NCBI GenBank assembly: GCA_964355175.1
Contig: CAYHBZ010000002.1
Span: forward strand, 28,426-92,425
DNA: 64,000 nucleotides
Origin: an uncultured Gammaproteobacteria bacterium
Lineage (GTDB): Bacteria > Patescibacteriota > Patescibacteriia > Magasanikbacterales > GWA2-37-8
Reading direction: 5' to 3'
This document shows, piece after piece, positions 19,323 through 27,964 of this stretch. The notes below the pieces were generated by a model. The model was not told the origin of the DNA. It saw nothing but the letters and a program-made list of their open reading frames with translations, and searched no databases. Positions within the stretch are counted from its first letter, which is position 1, and each line of letters begins with the position of its first letter. Both the position numbers and the translations under genes were made by a program.

Positions 19323-20279
19323 ATGGAAAATACATCGACTTTGCGCAGTGGCCCAAAAGATGTTTTTCTGCATCTTTTTAATATCATTACTTTTTATCTG
19401 ACGGTAATCGGGTTTATTACATTATATATTCAATATATTAATGCCGCTTTTCCGGATGCATTAAATTATTATTTTGTATCAATTTCCGGGTCGGTTCGCA
19501 TGGCTTCTTCAATTTTATTTATATCGGTGCCGGTCTATCTTTTGAGCTCGTGGTTGTTGGCGAAAGATTTGAAGGATGTTCCAGAAAAAAGAGATTTCAA
19601 ATTGCGTAAGTGGCTGTTATATTTTACGCTTTTTATTTCAGCCATAATTATTATTGTAGATTTGATTACTTTTATATACAATTTTTTGAGCGGTGAACTA
19701 ACTATACAATTCTTTTTGAAGATTTTGGTTGTCTTGGTGATCGCCGCAGCGGTGTTTGGGTATTATATCTGGGAATTGAAGAGAGAAGATATGTCTTCTA
19801 AAGTTCCAAAAATTTTAGCAATAATTTTGGCGGTAGTGACTATTCTCAGTGTCGGTGCCGGCTTCTTTATAATTGGTTCGCCAGCCACTCAGCGTAACCG
19901 CAGATTTGATGAACAAAGGGTAAACCATTTACAAATATTGCAGGGCCAGGTGGTGAGTTATTGGACCCAAAAAGGCGCTATTCCTGAGAAGCTCGGTGAT
20001 TTGCAGGATAGTATCTCTGGTTTTGTTGTGCCAGTCGATCCGGAAACAGGCGCTTCTTATGAATATAGCGCAACGGATAAATTAAAATTTGAACTGTGCG
20101 CGAATTTTAAAACAGTTGGTCCGGCGGATTCTTACAATCAGCCTAGAAGCTTGATCTATGCTCCACACGATCCTTATAGCCAGAATTGGGCACATAAAGC
20201 TGAAAGGACTTGCTTTAGCAGGACGATCGATCCGGAATTATATAAAGTACAACCACCAATTTTGAAAGGACAATTGTAA
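19323..20279 (+). CDS. DUF5671-like membrane protein with pilin-like C-terminal region
   Basis: Five TM helices, RKWLLYFTLF, GSP..QR...D..R...L, DPETG..YEY, CANF...HC-like Cys pair. Confidence 0.7.
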   Translation: MENTSTLRSGPKDVFLHLFNIITFYLTVIGFITLYIQYINAAFPDALNYYFVSISGSVRMASSILFISVPVYLLSSWLLAKDLKDVPEKRDFKLRKWLLYFTLFISAIIIIVDLITFIYNFLSGELTIQFFLKILVVLVIAAAVFGYYIWELKREDMSSKVPKILAIILAVVTILSVGAGFFIIGSPATQRNRRFDEQRVNHLQILQGQVVSYWTQKGAIPEKLGDLQDSISGFVVPVDPETGASYEYSATDKLKFELCANFKTVGPADSYNQPRSLIYAPHDPYSQNWAHKAERTCFSRTIDPELYKVQPPILKGQL

Positions 20280-20280
20280 T

Positions 20281-20309
20281 TTGACAAGCCCAAAAAAGCC
20301 TGATAGTAT
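20281..20309 (+). promoter_or_regulatory. Promoter of the Asn-leader/tRNA-Asn unit
   Basis: TTGACA(20281)-N17-TAGTAT(20304) with extended TG; predicted start near 20316, the leader ATG. Confidence 0.8.
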
Positions 20310-20315
20310 AATTAT

Positions 20316-20363
20316 ATGAAAAAGATTTTTTTCACAAATAATAACAATAATAATCCTGCCTAA
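20316..20363 (+). CDS. Putative attenuator leader peptide MKKIFFTNNNNNNPA (six consecutive Asn codons)
   Basis: ATG AAA AAG ATT TTT TTC ACA AAT AAT AAC AAT AAT AAT CCT GCC TAA, 60 nt upstream of tRNA-Asn. Confidence 0.8.
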   Translation: MKKIFFTNNNNNNPA

Positions 20364-20423
20364 GTGGGTGAGTTGTTATTGAAAGAAAATAAACAAACTT
20401 CCTCACTTGAGGGAGTTTTTAAT
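20340..20423 (+). promoter_or_regulatory. Putative transcription attenuator (1:2, 2:3 antiterminator, 3:4 terminator)
   Basis: 1:2 AATAACAA/TTGTTATT; 2:3 from AAGTG(20362) to CACTT(20408); 3:4 AAACTTCCTC-ACTT-GAGGGAGTTT plus U tract. Confidence 0.75.
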
Positions 20424-20495
20424 TCCGGGATAGTTGAGCGGTACAACGCCACGCTGTTAACGTGGATTTCGTAGGTTCGAGTCCTACTCCCGGAG
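20424..20495 (+). tRNA. tRNA-Asn(GTT)
   Basis: Cloverleaf: acceptor TCCGGGA/TCCCGGA, anticodon arm CCACG-CTGTTAA-CGTGG, T arm GTAGG-TTCGAGT-CCTAC. Confidence 0.96.
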
Positions 20496-20505
20496 CACAG
20501 AATGA

Positions 20506-20530
20506 GCAAGCTCGAAAGAGTTTGTTTTTT
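20506..20530 (+). terminator. Intrinsic terminator after tRNA-Asn
   Basis: GCAAGCTC-GAAA-GAGTTTGT-TTTTT. Confidence 0.8.
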
Positions 20531-20557
20531 AAGAAGAATAATGTAAAATAAAAAAGT

Positions 20558-21205
20558 ATGATGGATACGAAAAATTTGGAAGTAAAAACACAAACACTCT
20601 TTGGTCGATGGTCAAAATATTATGACAACAGGCTAAATCGTCTAGTATTTTTTGAACCAACATATCGACAGATTATCCGTTTGCTGAAAAATCGAGACGG
20701 GGAGCGTCTTGCACCTAGTGCCCAATTTTTAGATATCGCCTGCGGTACGGGTGAGATTATTGCTCGCTTGGCAACCGATTTTCCAAGCGTTAAATTTGTC
20801 GGAGTAGATTTTACCGCAGCTATGTTACAGAAAGCTAAAGAAAAAACGATTGCTCTAAAAAACGTCCAGTGGCAAGAAGCCGACGTCGCTAAGCTTCCGT
20901 TTGAAGACAATGTATTCGACATTATTCTTTGTTCAGATGCTTTTCACCACTTCTTTAATCCCAAACAAGTCTTGAGTGAAATTTGTCGTGTTCTAAAAAC
21001 CGGAGGATTATTTCTGTTAGTTGACCCCGCCATTAATAATCCAATTCTACATTTTTTTGCTAATACGGTTCTTAAAAAATTCGAGAATGCGGAGCATTAT
21101 TATTCTCAAAGTGAGTTAGAAAAATTGTTAGTTGCCAAAGGGTTTGCGGTGGATATGATATCAAAACACTATTTTAATAACTATTTTATTTGTTTTAAAA
21201 AATAA
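20558..21205 (+). CDS. Class I SAM-dependent methyltransferase (UbiE-like)
   Basis: LDIACGTG, GVDFT..ML, ADVAKLPF, FHHF, RVLKTGG. Confidence 0.88.
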   Translation: MMDTKNLEVKTQTLFGRWSKYYDNRLNRLVFFEPTYRQIIRLLKNRDGERLAPSAQFLDIACGTGEIIARLATDFPSVKFVGVDFTAAMLQKAKEKTIALKNVQWQEADVAKLPFEDNVFDIILCSDAFHHFFNPKQVLSEICRVLKTGGLFLLVDPAINNPILHFFANTVLKKFENAEHYYSQSELEKLLVAKGFAVDMISKHYFNNYFICFKK

Positions 21206-21215
21206 CTTTTTACAT

Positions 21216-21527
21216 ATAACCCTGAGATTTTTTCTACATTACCTACTACACTTTCTTTTTCCAGCATTGATTGCCTATGCATTTTTTCGGCCATATTGGA
21301 AAAAGGCATGGGGAATAATAATAGCTACCATGCTGGTTGACCTCGACCATTTGTTTGCAAATCCGCTATATGATCCAAATAGATGTAGCATAGGTTTTCA
21401 TCCTTTGCATTCGTACCTTGCCATAGTTATTTATGGCTTGTGTATATTTTTTCCAAAAACTCGTGTTGTTGCTTTGGGTTTGTTGCTCCATATGGCAACA
21501 GACTATTTGGATTGTTTTTGGATATGA
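21216..21527 (+). CDS. DUF6122-like small membrane protein (start uncertain)
   Basis: HY.LHF.FP...ATMLVDLDH...DPNRCSIGFHPLHS...HMATD..DC; frame is open upstream of the TTG used by the track. Confidence 0.7.
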   Translation: MTLRFFLHYLLHFLFPALIAYAFFRPYWKKAWGIIIATMLVDLDHLFANPLYDPNRCSIGFHPLHSYLAIVIYGLCIFFPKTRVVALGLLLHMATDYLDCFWI

Positions 21528-23137
21528 CTTTCTAGGTACTCTTTGGTGGCATCGGTTTTTTTGTGAGGGTTGAAAATATTTAGAGGATCAAAAATTTGTT
21601 TTACTTGTTTGAATAGGTCAAAGATCTTGTCTCCATACATCTGTTGCAGATAGGGGCCACGGATCAAGCCATCGTTGTGCTCGGCCGTAATTGAGCCTTT
21701 GTATTCCAAGACCAAATCATACACTTCTTTGGAAAGAGCTGGTATTATTGCCCGCTCTTTTTCTTTGCTCAAATCCATCAAAGGAATAATGTGAAAATTG
21801 GCATCACCCGCATGGCCGGCAATAGTGTAAACTAGCGATTGATATTTAGAAAATATTTGATTTAGACGTGGTAAAAATTCTGGTAAATCATGTGGATGAA
21901 CAATAAAATCATCAATAAAAGGTGCGGTGTGAAGATTTTTTACCTTTTCTCTAAGAAGATTGAAACTTTCATGACGGAAAGCCCAATATTTTTCCGATTC
22001 AGCGGTATTTTTAGTAATATGAGTTTTTAGTCCGTATTGTTTTTTTATGACTACCTCAGCGTCGCTAGCTAGTTTGGATAGTTCTTTTTCGCTGTCGCCG
22101 GTAAACTCAGCGATGATGAGTAATTTTGGCACGCCATGAGTAAGAGTCATGAAAATTTCCGGTAAAAATTTCCATCCTAAAGTAAAAATATTACCTTTCA
22201 TCTTTTTGATCATGGCAGGTAGGAATTTGATAGCCAGTTTGAAAGTATTATCATCAAAAGTTTCTAAAGTTTCGGGATGAAATTGCATTAGAGTATTTAT
22301 CAAGTCGCCCAATGGCCTGAGGTCTTTGAGAAATATTATTAGCATCTTGGAATGAGCGGTGGTTTTTACCAATTTGAATTTTCCTTTGGTGAATAACCCT
22401 AGGGTGCCTTGGGAGCCGACTAATAATTTGGTTAAATCGAAAGTGGTTTTATCCCAAACATTCCAGAGATAATATCCGGCTGAATTTTTGGTGACGGTTG
22501 GTTTGGCTTTTTGAATAGCCGTATAGTTATTATGGATAAGCGCAAACATTTTGCGATAGATTTCACCTTCAAAATTTAGTAGCGCCATTTTTTCTTGCAA
22601 CTCTTGTTCGTTGAGTGGTTTAAAATGATATTCATTACCATCGGATAGCACCGCCCACACTTCTTCTAAATATTTTTCCGTCTTACCGTAGGAAAGAGAT
22701 TTTTCACCACCGGAGTTATTGGCCATGATACCGCCCATAGCACATAGAGATTTGGAAGCGGGAAAAGAGGGCATGATCAGGTTTTTTTCCAAGGTCGCTT
22801 TTTCAAAATCTCGATAATATACACCTGGTTGAGTGATGGCAAAATCGCCGCCAATTTCTATAATGTGGTTAAAATATTTGGTGAAGTCTAAAATGATAGA
22901 ATCATTGATGGCGCCCCCAGTCATATCTGTGCCGGCACTGCGAGCGGTAAGGGATAAAGTCGATCCTGCGCTTTTGTTTTCAGTAACAAAATTTACAATA
23001 GTTTTGAGGTCGTTTTTGTCTTTTGGATACATTATAGCTTCGGGGGTAATGTCAAAAACACTAGCGTCGCGGCTGTATTTTTTTAAGGTTTCATTATCTT
23101 GTAAAATTTCGCCCCTTATTATGTCTTTTGGGAACAT
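21503..23137 (-). CDS. FAD-binding oxidoreductase (GlcD/D-lactate dehydrogenase type)
   Basis: RSAGT..TGGA, GGIMANNSGG, VGSQGTLG, GHAGDANFH, AEHNDG..R, FDP.NIFNP. Confidence 0.9.
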   Translation of the reverse strand: MFPKDIIRGEILQDNETLKKYSRDASVFDITPEAIMYPKDKNDLKTIVNFVTENKSAGSTLSLTARSAGTDMTGGAINDSIILDFTKYFNHIIEIGGDFAITQPGVYYRDFEKATLEKNLIMPSFPASKSLCAMGGIMANNSGGEKSLSYGKTEKYLEEVWAVLSDGNEYHFKPLNEQELQEKMALLNFEGEIYRKMFALIHNNYTAIQKAKPTVTKNSAGYYLWNVWDKTTFDLTKLLVGSQGTLGLFTKGKFKLVKTTAHSKMLIIFLKDLRPLGDLINTLMQFHPETLETFDDNTFKLAIKFLPAMIKKMKGNIFTLGWKFLPEIFMTLTHGVPKLLIIAEFTGDSEKELSKLASDAEVVIKKQYGLKTHITKNTAESEKYWAFRHESFNLLREKVKNLHTAPFIDDFIVHPHDLPEFLPRLNQIFSKYQSLVYTIAGHAGDANFHIIPLMDLSKEKERAIIPALSKEVYDLVLEYKGSITAEHNDGLIRGPYLQQMYGDKIFDLFKQVKQIFDPLNIFNPHKKTDATKEYLESHIQKQSK

Positions 23138-23255
23138 ATATTATCGTTTTAAAAAAGTGCCTTAATTATATCCCGCCAGCTATTTTAAAGCAATTATTTT
23201 ACTTTTTAAAATCTTGTGATATAATAAATTTATTCATATTTAATTTGGAGGGGAT

Positions 23256-25802
23256 ATGAAACATTTATTATTTTTGGCTGTCTTTGTTTTTGGCAGTTTT
23301 TTTATTGCTCAAAAATTATTGGCGGCCAATACGGATATAGTCATCAACGAAATTGGTGCCTTTGCCACCAGCACCCATGAGTGGATAGAGGTGTGGAATA
23401 AAGGTAGCAGTGATATAGATATTAGTAGTTGGAAATTTTGGGAAAATAATATCAACCATGGTCTCAAAGCGGTGACCACTACCGATAGTATTATATCGCC
23501 AGGGGAATGGGCGGTAATTACCCAAGATAGCGATGTTTTTCTGGGGGATTATCCCAATTTCATTGGTTCGGTCCTGGATTCTGCCTGGAGTAGTCTCAGT
23601 GAAAGCGGTGAAGAAATAGGACTAAAAGATGAGAGTGGTAATTTTATAGAGAGGTTTACCTATATACCCACCAGCCGTTTCGCGCTTGAGCGTAAAGATC
23701 CTTCGGTGAATGACTATGCGTCGGCCAATTGGCAAGAACATATATCTGGCAATACTGTCGGTGCTCAAAATAGTAATTTTGTGGTTTTTAATCAAAATAG
23801 TTCATCGTCTGTTTCTACATCGACAGCCACCTCGACAATTCAAAATACGACTACCTCTACTACCAGTACTGAAAATTTAACAACTACTTCTACGCCCAGT
23901 GTAGCGTCTTTGGTATTTGATTGGGCATTTATTAAATTAAATGAAATTTTTTCCGATCCAAGTGAGGGTAATGAAATGGTGGAATTATATAATAATAGCT
24001 CCAGTTCAGCTGAGATTTATTCAGGCAGTATTTGTGATTCGATCGGGACAAGTTGCAAATCATTTTCCGGAACTATCTTTGGACACGATTGGTTGGTAGT
24101 GGATCTGTTAACCGATAGATATTTAAATAATGTTGGTGACGCGGTAGTATTAAAAGATGAAAATAATAATACTGTGGACACGGTTATCTATGGTAGTAAT
24201 AGTCTGCCCGCGTCCCAAAAAGCCCAATCTATCATCCGTAAATCAGATGGTGTTGATACCGATAGTGACAGTGATTGGGCAATAACAACACAATTAACTT
24301 TGGACGCGGCTAATCAACTGGTGATGCCGATAATAAATTCCAATAATGAAAATGCGAGTGATAATTCGAGCGGCTCAAATAGTATTGGGGGCTCTGTCGG
24401 TAGTGCGGTTGCTACCACCAAAACAATTAAAACAAGTACTACCACTATTAAAAATGTTATTGATCCGGTGAAGATTGGCTGGAATCTGGATTGGCCTTAT
24501 GGTCTGGATGTAGGTGAGGCGGGAGTTTTTAGCGCGTATGGTACGGCGGATCCGCGCGGTGGAAATATTAGCTTAGTCTGGAATTTTGGTGATAATACCA
24601 CCAGCACTGGTGTTATTGTTTCTCATAGTTATACTACTTCTGGTATATATTTGGTATCGGTGTCTGGCGCGAGTACTGCTAGCACCACCGGCAGAAAAGA
24701 TTTTAAAATTTATGTTGGAGCTGAATTCTCTATCGTGCAAACTCAGATAAAGGTTGGTAGTTATTTGGTCAGTGCCACCAGCAGTGATGATGAATTTATA
24801 GAGTTAATAAATTTTTCCACTACTTCTCGTAATATTTCTAACTGGAAGATAAAAAATAGAAGCGGCAAAGAATATGAGATTCCGGAAAATACCAATATTA
24901 CGGCTTCCGGTAGTTTGAAATTTTTTCGTAGCATTACGCGTTTGAGTTTTGATAAAGATGGCGATGAAATTCGTCTGACTTCGCCCAATGATAAGGAGAT
25001 AGATAAAATAATTCTACTAAGTACCAAGGTAATAAAAAAAGAAGCAGATAAGGTGGACAAGAAAGAAACAAAAAAAGTAAAAATTGTGAGTACTGGCAAT
25101 TGGCGTTCCGTACAAGGGGTAGTGACGGTTTTGCCGGGAAATTTTGGATCACAATATTTTTATATTTTTGATGGTGAAAAAGGTTACCAGGTTTATCAAT
25201 ATAAAAAAGATTTTCCGGATTTAAAGATCGGCGACAAAATAGCGGTACGCGGGGAAATGTCGGAAGTTCCAGGAGTAAATCGTATCAAGATATCCAGTAG
25301 AAATAGTATAAGTATTTTGGGCAAAGATCAAAATTTTGTGCCTGCCAATTTGGAGGATTTAGACACTGATATAGTTGGCGCTTTGGTAAAAATTACTGGC
25401 GATGTCACCTCTATAAAAAGTAATTATTTGTATATTGATGATGGTAATAGCGAAACGATGATTTATCTTCGCTCCGGGGCCAAGATAAATAAGCAGGATT
25501 TGAAGCTGGGCGATAAATTAGAGGTGGTAGGAATTCTAGAGCAAACCAAAAATGGCTTGCGCGTGTCACCACGCGATGATAAAGATGTTAAGGTGGTGGA
25601 ATATTCCGAGGAATTTTTGTCACAACAAATTGAGGCGGATAAAATTAATCAGGATGATACGCAAGAAAAGTATTTAACCGCCACGGCCGGTGGGCTTACC
25701 ACTTTAATTTTGGGTTTTTTGGCTAGGAATCGCGGTGCCATCATAGTGGGTGGCGCGAAGAGGATAGTCAGTGTGGCTAGTAGGATAATCAGACGGGGTT
25801 GA
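23256..25802 (+). CDS. Membrane-anchored surface protein with lamin-tail, PKD and OB-fold domains
   Basis: Signal peptide; INEI...EWIEVWN, LNEI...EMVELYN and DEFIELIN repeats; WNFGD...HSY..SG.Y PKD; C-terminal TM. Confidence 0.8.
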   Translation: MKHLLFLAVFVFGSFFIAQKLLAANTDIVINEIGAFATSTHEWIEVWNKGSSDIDISSWKFWENNINHGLKAVTTTDSIISPGEWAVITQDSDVFLGDYPNFIGSVLDSAWSSLSESGEEIGLKDESGNFIERFTYIPTSRFALERKDPSVNDYASANWQEHISGNTVGAQNSNFVVFNQNSSSSVSTSTATSTIQNTTTSTTSTENLTTTSTPSVASLVFDWAFIKLNEIFSDPSEGNEMVELYNNSSSSAEIYSGSICDSIGTSCKSFSGTIFGHDWLVVDLLTDRYLNNVGDAVVLKDENNNTVDTVIYGSNSLPASQKAQSIIRKSDGVDTDSDSDWAITTQLTLDAANQLVMPIINSNNENASDNSSGSNSIGGSVGSAVATTKTIKTSTTTIKNVIDPVKIGWNLDWPYGLDVGEAGVFSAYGTADPRGGNISLVWNFGDNTTSTGVIVSHSYTTSGIYLVSVSGASTASTTGRKDFKIYVGAEFSIVQTQIKVGSYLVSATSSDDEFIELINFSTTSRNISNWKIKNRSGKEYEIPENTNITASGSLKFFRSITRLSFDKDGDEIRLTSPNDKEIDKIILLSTKVIKKEADKVDKKETKKVKIVSTGNWRSVQGVVTVLPGNFGSQYFYIFDGEKGYQVYQYKKDFPDLKIGDKIAVRGEMSEVPGVNRIKISSRNSISILGKDQNFVPANLEDLDTDIVGALVKITGDVTSIKSNYLYIDDGNSETMIYLRSGAKINKQDLKLGDKLEVVGILEQTKNGLRVSPRDDKDVKVVEYSEEFLSQQIEADKINQDDTQEKYLTATAGGLTTLILGFLARNRGAIIVGGAKRIVSVASRIIRRG

Positions 25803-25846
25803 TTATTATATCAATATATGATAATTTAGGGGTGCTAAAAGCACCT

Positions 25847-25931
25847 GGAGAGGTGGCCGAGCGGTTTAAGGCAATAGTCTTGAAAACTATCGTATCGAAA
25901 GGTACCGTGAGTTCGAATCTCACCCTCTCCG
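25847..25931 (+). tRNA. tRNA-Ser(TGA)
   Basis: GGAGAGG/CCTCTCC acceptor, ATAGT-CTTGAAA-ACTAT, long variable arm. Confidence 0.96.
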
Positions 25932-25998
25932 CACTTTTATGAAAATAGTTTATTAAAAATAACTTCCGCTATTGTTATTGTATTTAGATTTAAAAATT

Positions 25999-26397
25999 AT
26001 GGAAAATTCATTGCTAGTACAATTGAGAAAGAAAAATGTTTGGTACGGTAAAATAGAAAATAAAGAAGAAGCTCTAAAAGTAATTAAACTTTCTTCAAAT
26101 AGTTTTTATTTTTTGGCGGTTTTTCAGGGTGTCATCGGGTATTTTATTATGGGAATCGATGCCATTATCAACGGTGTATTATTTGCAGTTTGTGCCTTTT
26201 TACTTCAAAAATTTGGTAGTAGAGTTGCGGCGGTTATTTTGTTTTTATTATCAAGTGGCGCTTTGTTTTATACTGTGATAAGTAAATTCGGTGGTGGTAC
26301 TGGTGGTAGAAATGTAATTCTGGCGGTAATTGTTTTTTGGGTTAGTGTTCGTGCCACACAGGCAACCTTTGTATTGAGAAAACTTAAAAAAGTTTAG
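25999..26397 (+). CDS. Hypothetical membrane protein
   Basis: Four hydrophobic segments; ATG at 25999 preferred over the upstream TTG. Confidence 0.7.
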   Translation: MENSLLVQLRKKNVWYGKIENKEEALKVIKLSSNSFYFLAVFQGVIGYFIMGIDAIINGVLFAVCAFLLQKFGSRVAAVILFLLSSGALFYTVISKFGGGTGGRNVILAVIVFWVSVRATQATFVLRKLKKV

Positions 26398-26490
26398 GTA
26401 TGCGCATCATACCGGTATTTCTTTTGGTATAGTGATTATGTCAGAAGGATCAATCCAGTTCGGAGATTGTTTATTTATCCCCGCGCTGAT

Positions 26491-26564
26491 AAAAAATCGC
26501 TTTTATCTTGTATTTCAAAGAGCCATATTATATGGCTCTTTGAATGTAAAATTAGCGATTTTTT
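26491..26564. repeat. Intergenic palindrome
   Basis: TTCAAAGAGCCATA-TTA-TATGGCTCTTTGAA nested inside AAAAAATCGCT/AGCGATTTTTT. Confidence 0.75.
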
Positions 26565-26692
26565 TGTTTTTCACGCTTGCGTTCCAAAGTGTTTTTTAAC
26601 AATCTTTTCTGGGTGGTAAGTGTTTGAATTTTGTTTGACTGAAGGCCTAATAAAGCCTATACTTTAGATTGTAACAATAGCTTATTTTGTTT

Positions 26693-27463
26693 ATGAAAAA
26701 AGAAATTATCCATAATAGAAATGGCCAAAAAGTAGTTGTTTTATTAGATGAAATTACCAACCAAAAGGGTCTTACTTTTGTTATGCACGGACTTGGTGGT
26801 TTTAAAGAGCAAAAACATTTACAGGCAATAGCCGACGCATTTTTAGAAAATAATTACATGGTAGTTAGGTTTGATACCACAAATACATTAGGCGAAAGCG
26901 ACGGCGATTATGCTGACGCTACGGTTACAAATTATTATGCTGATTTGGAAGATGTGATTGAGTGGGCGAAACAGCAAACGTGGTATCAAGAGCCGTTTGT
27001 GCTTGTTGGCCATAGTCTTGGTGCTATGTCCGTCGCTCTCTATGCTGAAAATTATCCTGAAAAAGTAAAAGCCCTTGCTCCTATTTCAGCGGTAGTATCG
27101 GGCGCATTAAGTATGCAAACTAAAAAAGATTCTGGCGAGCTTGATGAATGGCAAAAATCGGGGTGGAGGATCTCAAAAAGTGAATCAAAACCAGGAGCCA
27201 TAAAGCGTTTAAAGTGGTCGCACATGGAAGATAGGCTAAAATATGATTTATTGCCAAAAGCAGATAAATTAACAATGCCAACGTTATTGATTGTTGGCGA
27301 TTTAGACGATTCAACTTTACCAGAACAACAACAAACCTTATTTGCTCACTTGCCTGGCAAAAAAGAAATTCACATTATTGAAGGTGCTCCGCATACATTC
27401 AAAGAGGTACAGCACATTGAGGAAATAAAGAGTATTTTTAAAGATTGGGTTCTTAAAATATGA
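26693..27463 (+). CDS. Alpha/beta fold hydrolase
   Basis: MHGLGG, GESDG, GHSLG nucleophile elbow, GDLDD, GAPH. Confidence 0.9.
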   Translation: MKKEIIHNRNGQKVVVLLDEITNQKGLTFVMHGLGGFKEQKHLQAIADAFLENNYMVVRFDTTNTLGESDGDYADATVTNYYADLEDVIEWAKQQTWYQEPFVLVGHSLGAMSVALYAENYPEKVKALAPISAVVSGALSMQTKKDSGELDEWQKSGWRISKSESKPGAIKRLKWSHMEDRLKYDLLPKADKLTMPTLLIVGDLDDSTLPEQQQTLFAHLPGKKEIHIIEGAPHTFKEVQHIEEIKSIFKDWVLKI

Positions 27464-27891
27464 CAACCGAACAAGAGCAAAAACTTATTTTAGCCGTTCA
27501 AGAGGGTATAAAGAACGCTTACACAAAAAATGATAATAATGCAGATTCCCGTTTTGGGGCAAGTGTGCTTACCGACAAGGGCAATATCTATTCCTCTGGT
27601 CATTATACGTCTGATACTGGATCGTTAACTTTACACGCCGAGCAAGTCGTTCTTGCACATGCGGCCTCTCATGGTGAATATGGTATTGTGGCGATGGCCA
27701 TATCTGGTAACGAGAAAGCCTTATCTAAAAATCACAATCATTTTATTTATCCCTGTCATATGTGTAAACAGTTGATTTGGGAAAGCTGTTTAAGATCGGG
27801 AATAAATATAGAAATTTTACTTGTTCAAAATGGTCAAATTGTAGAGAAAATATTTATCAAAGATATAATGAATTATGCTTGGCCAAAATAA
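27460..27891 (+). CDS. Cytidine deaminase-like protein
   Basis: FGASVLT..G.IY.G, HAEQ, PCHMCKQ Zn motif. Confidence 0.85.
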   Translation: MTTEQEQKLILAVQEGIKNAYTKNDNNADSRFGASVLTDKGNIYSSGHYTSDTGSLTLHAEQVVLAHAASHGEYGIVAMAISGNEKALSKNHNHFIYPCHMCKQLIWESCLRSGINIEILLVQNGQIVEKIFIKDIMNYAWPK

Positions 27892-27964
27892 TATGAATTT
27901 ATCAAATGCGGAGTTATTATAAATATCCTTATAAAATAAATTATGAACATGATTATTCTTCTTT

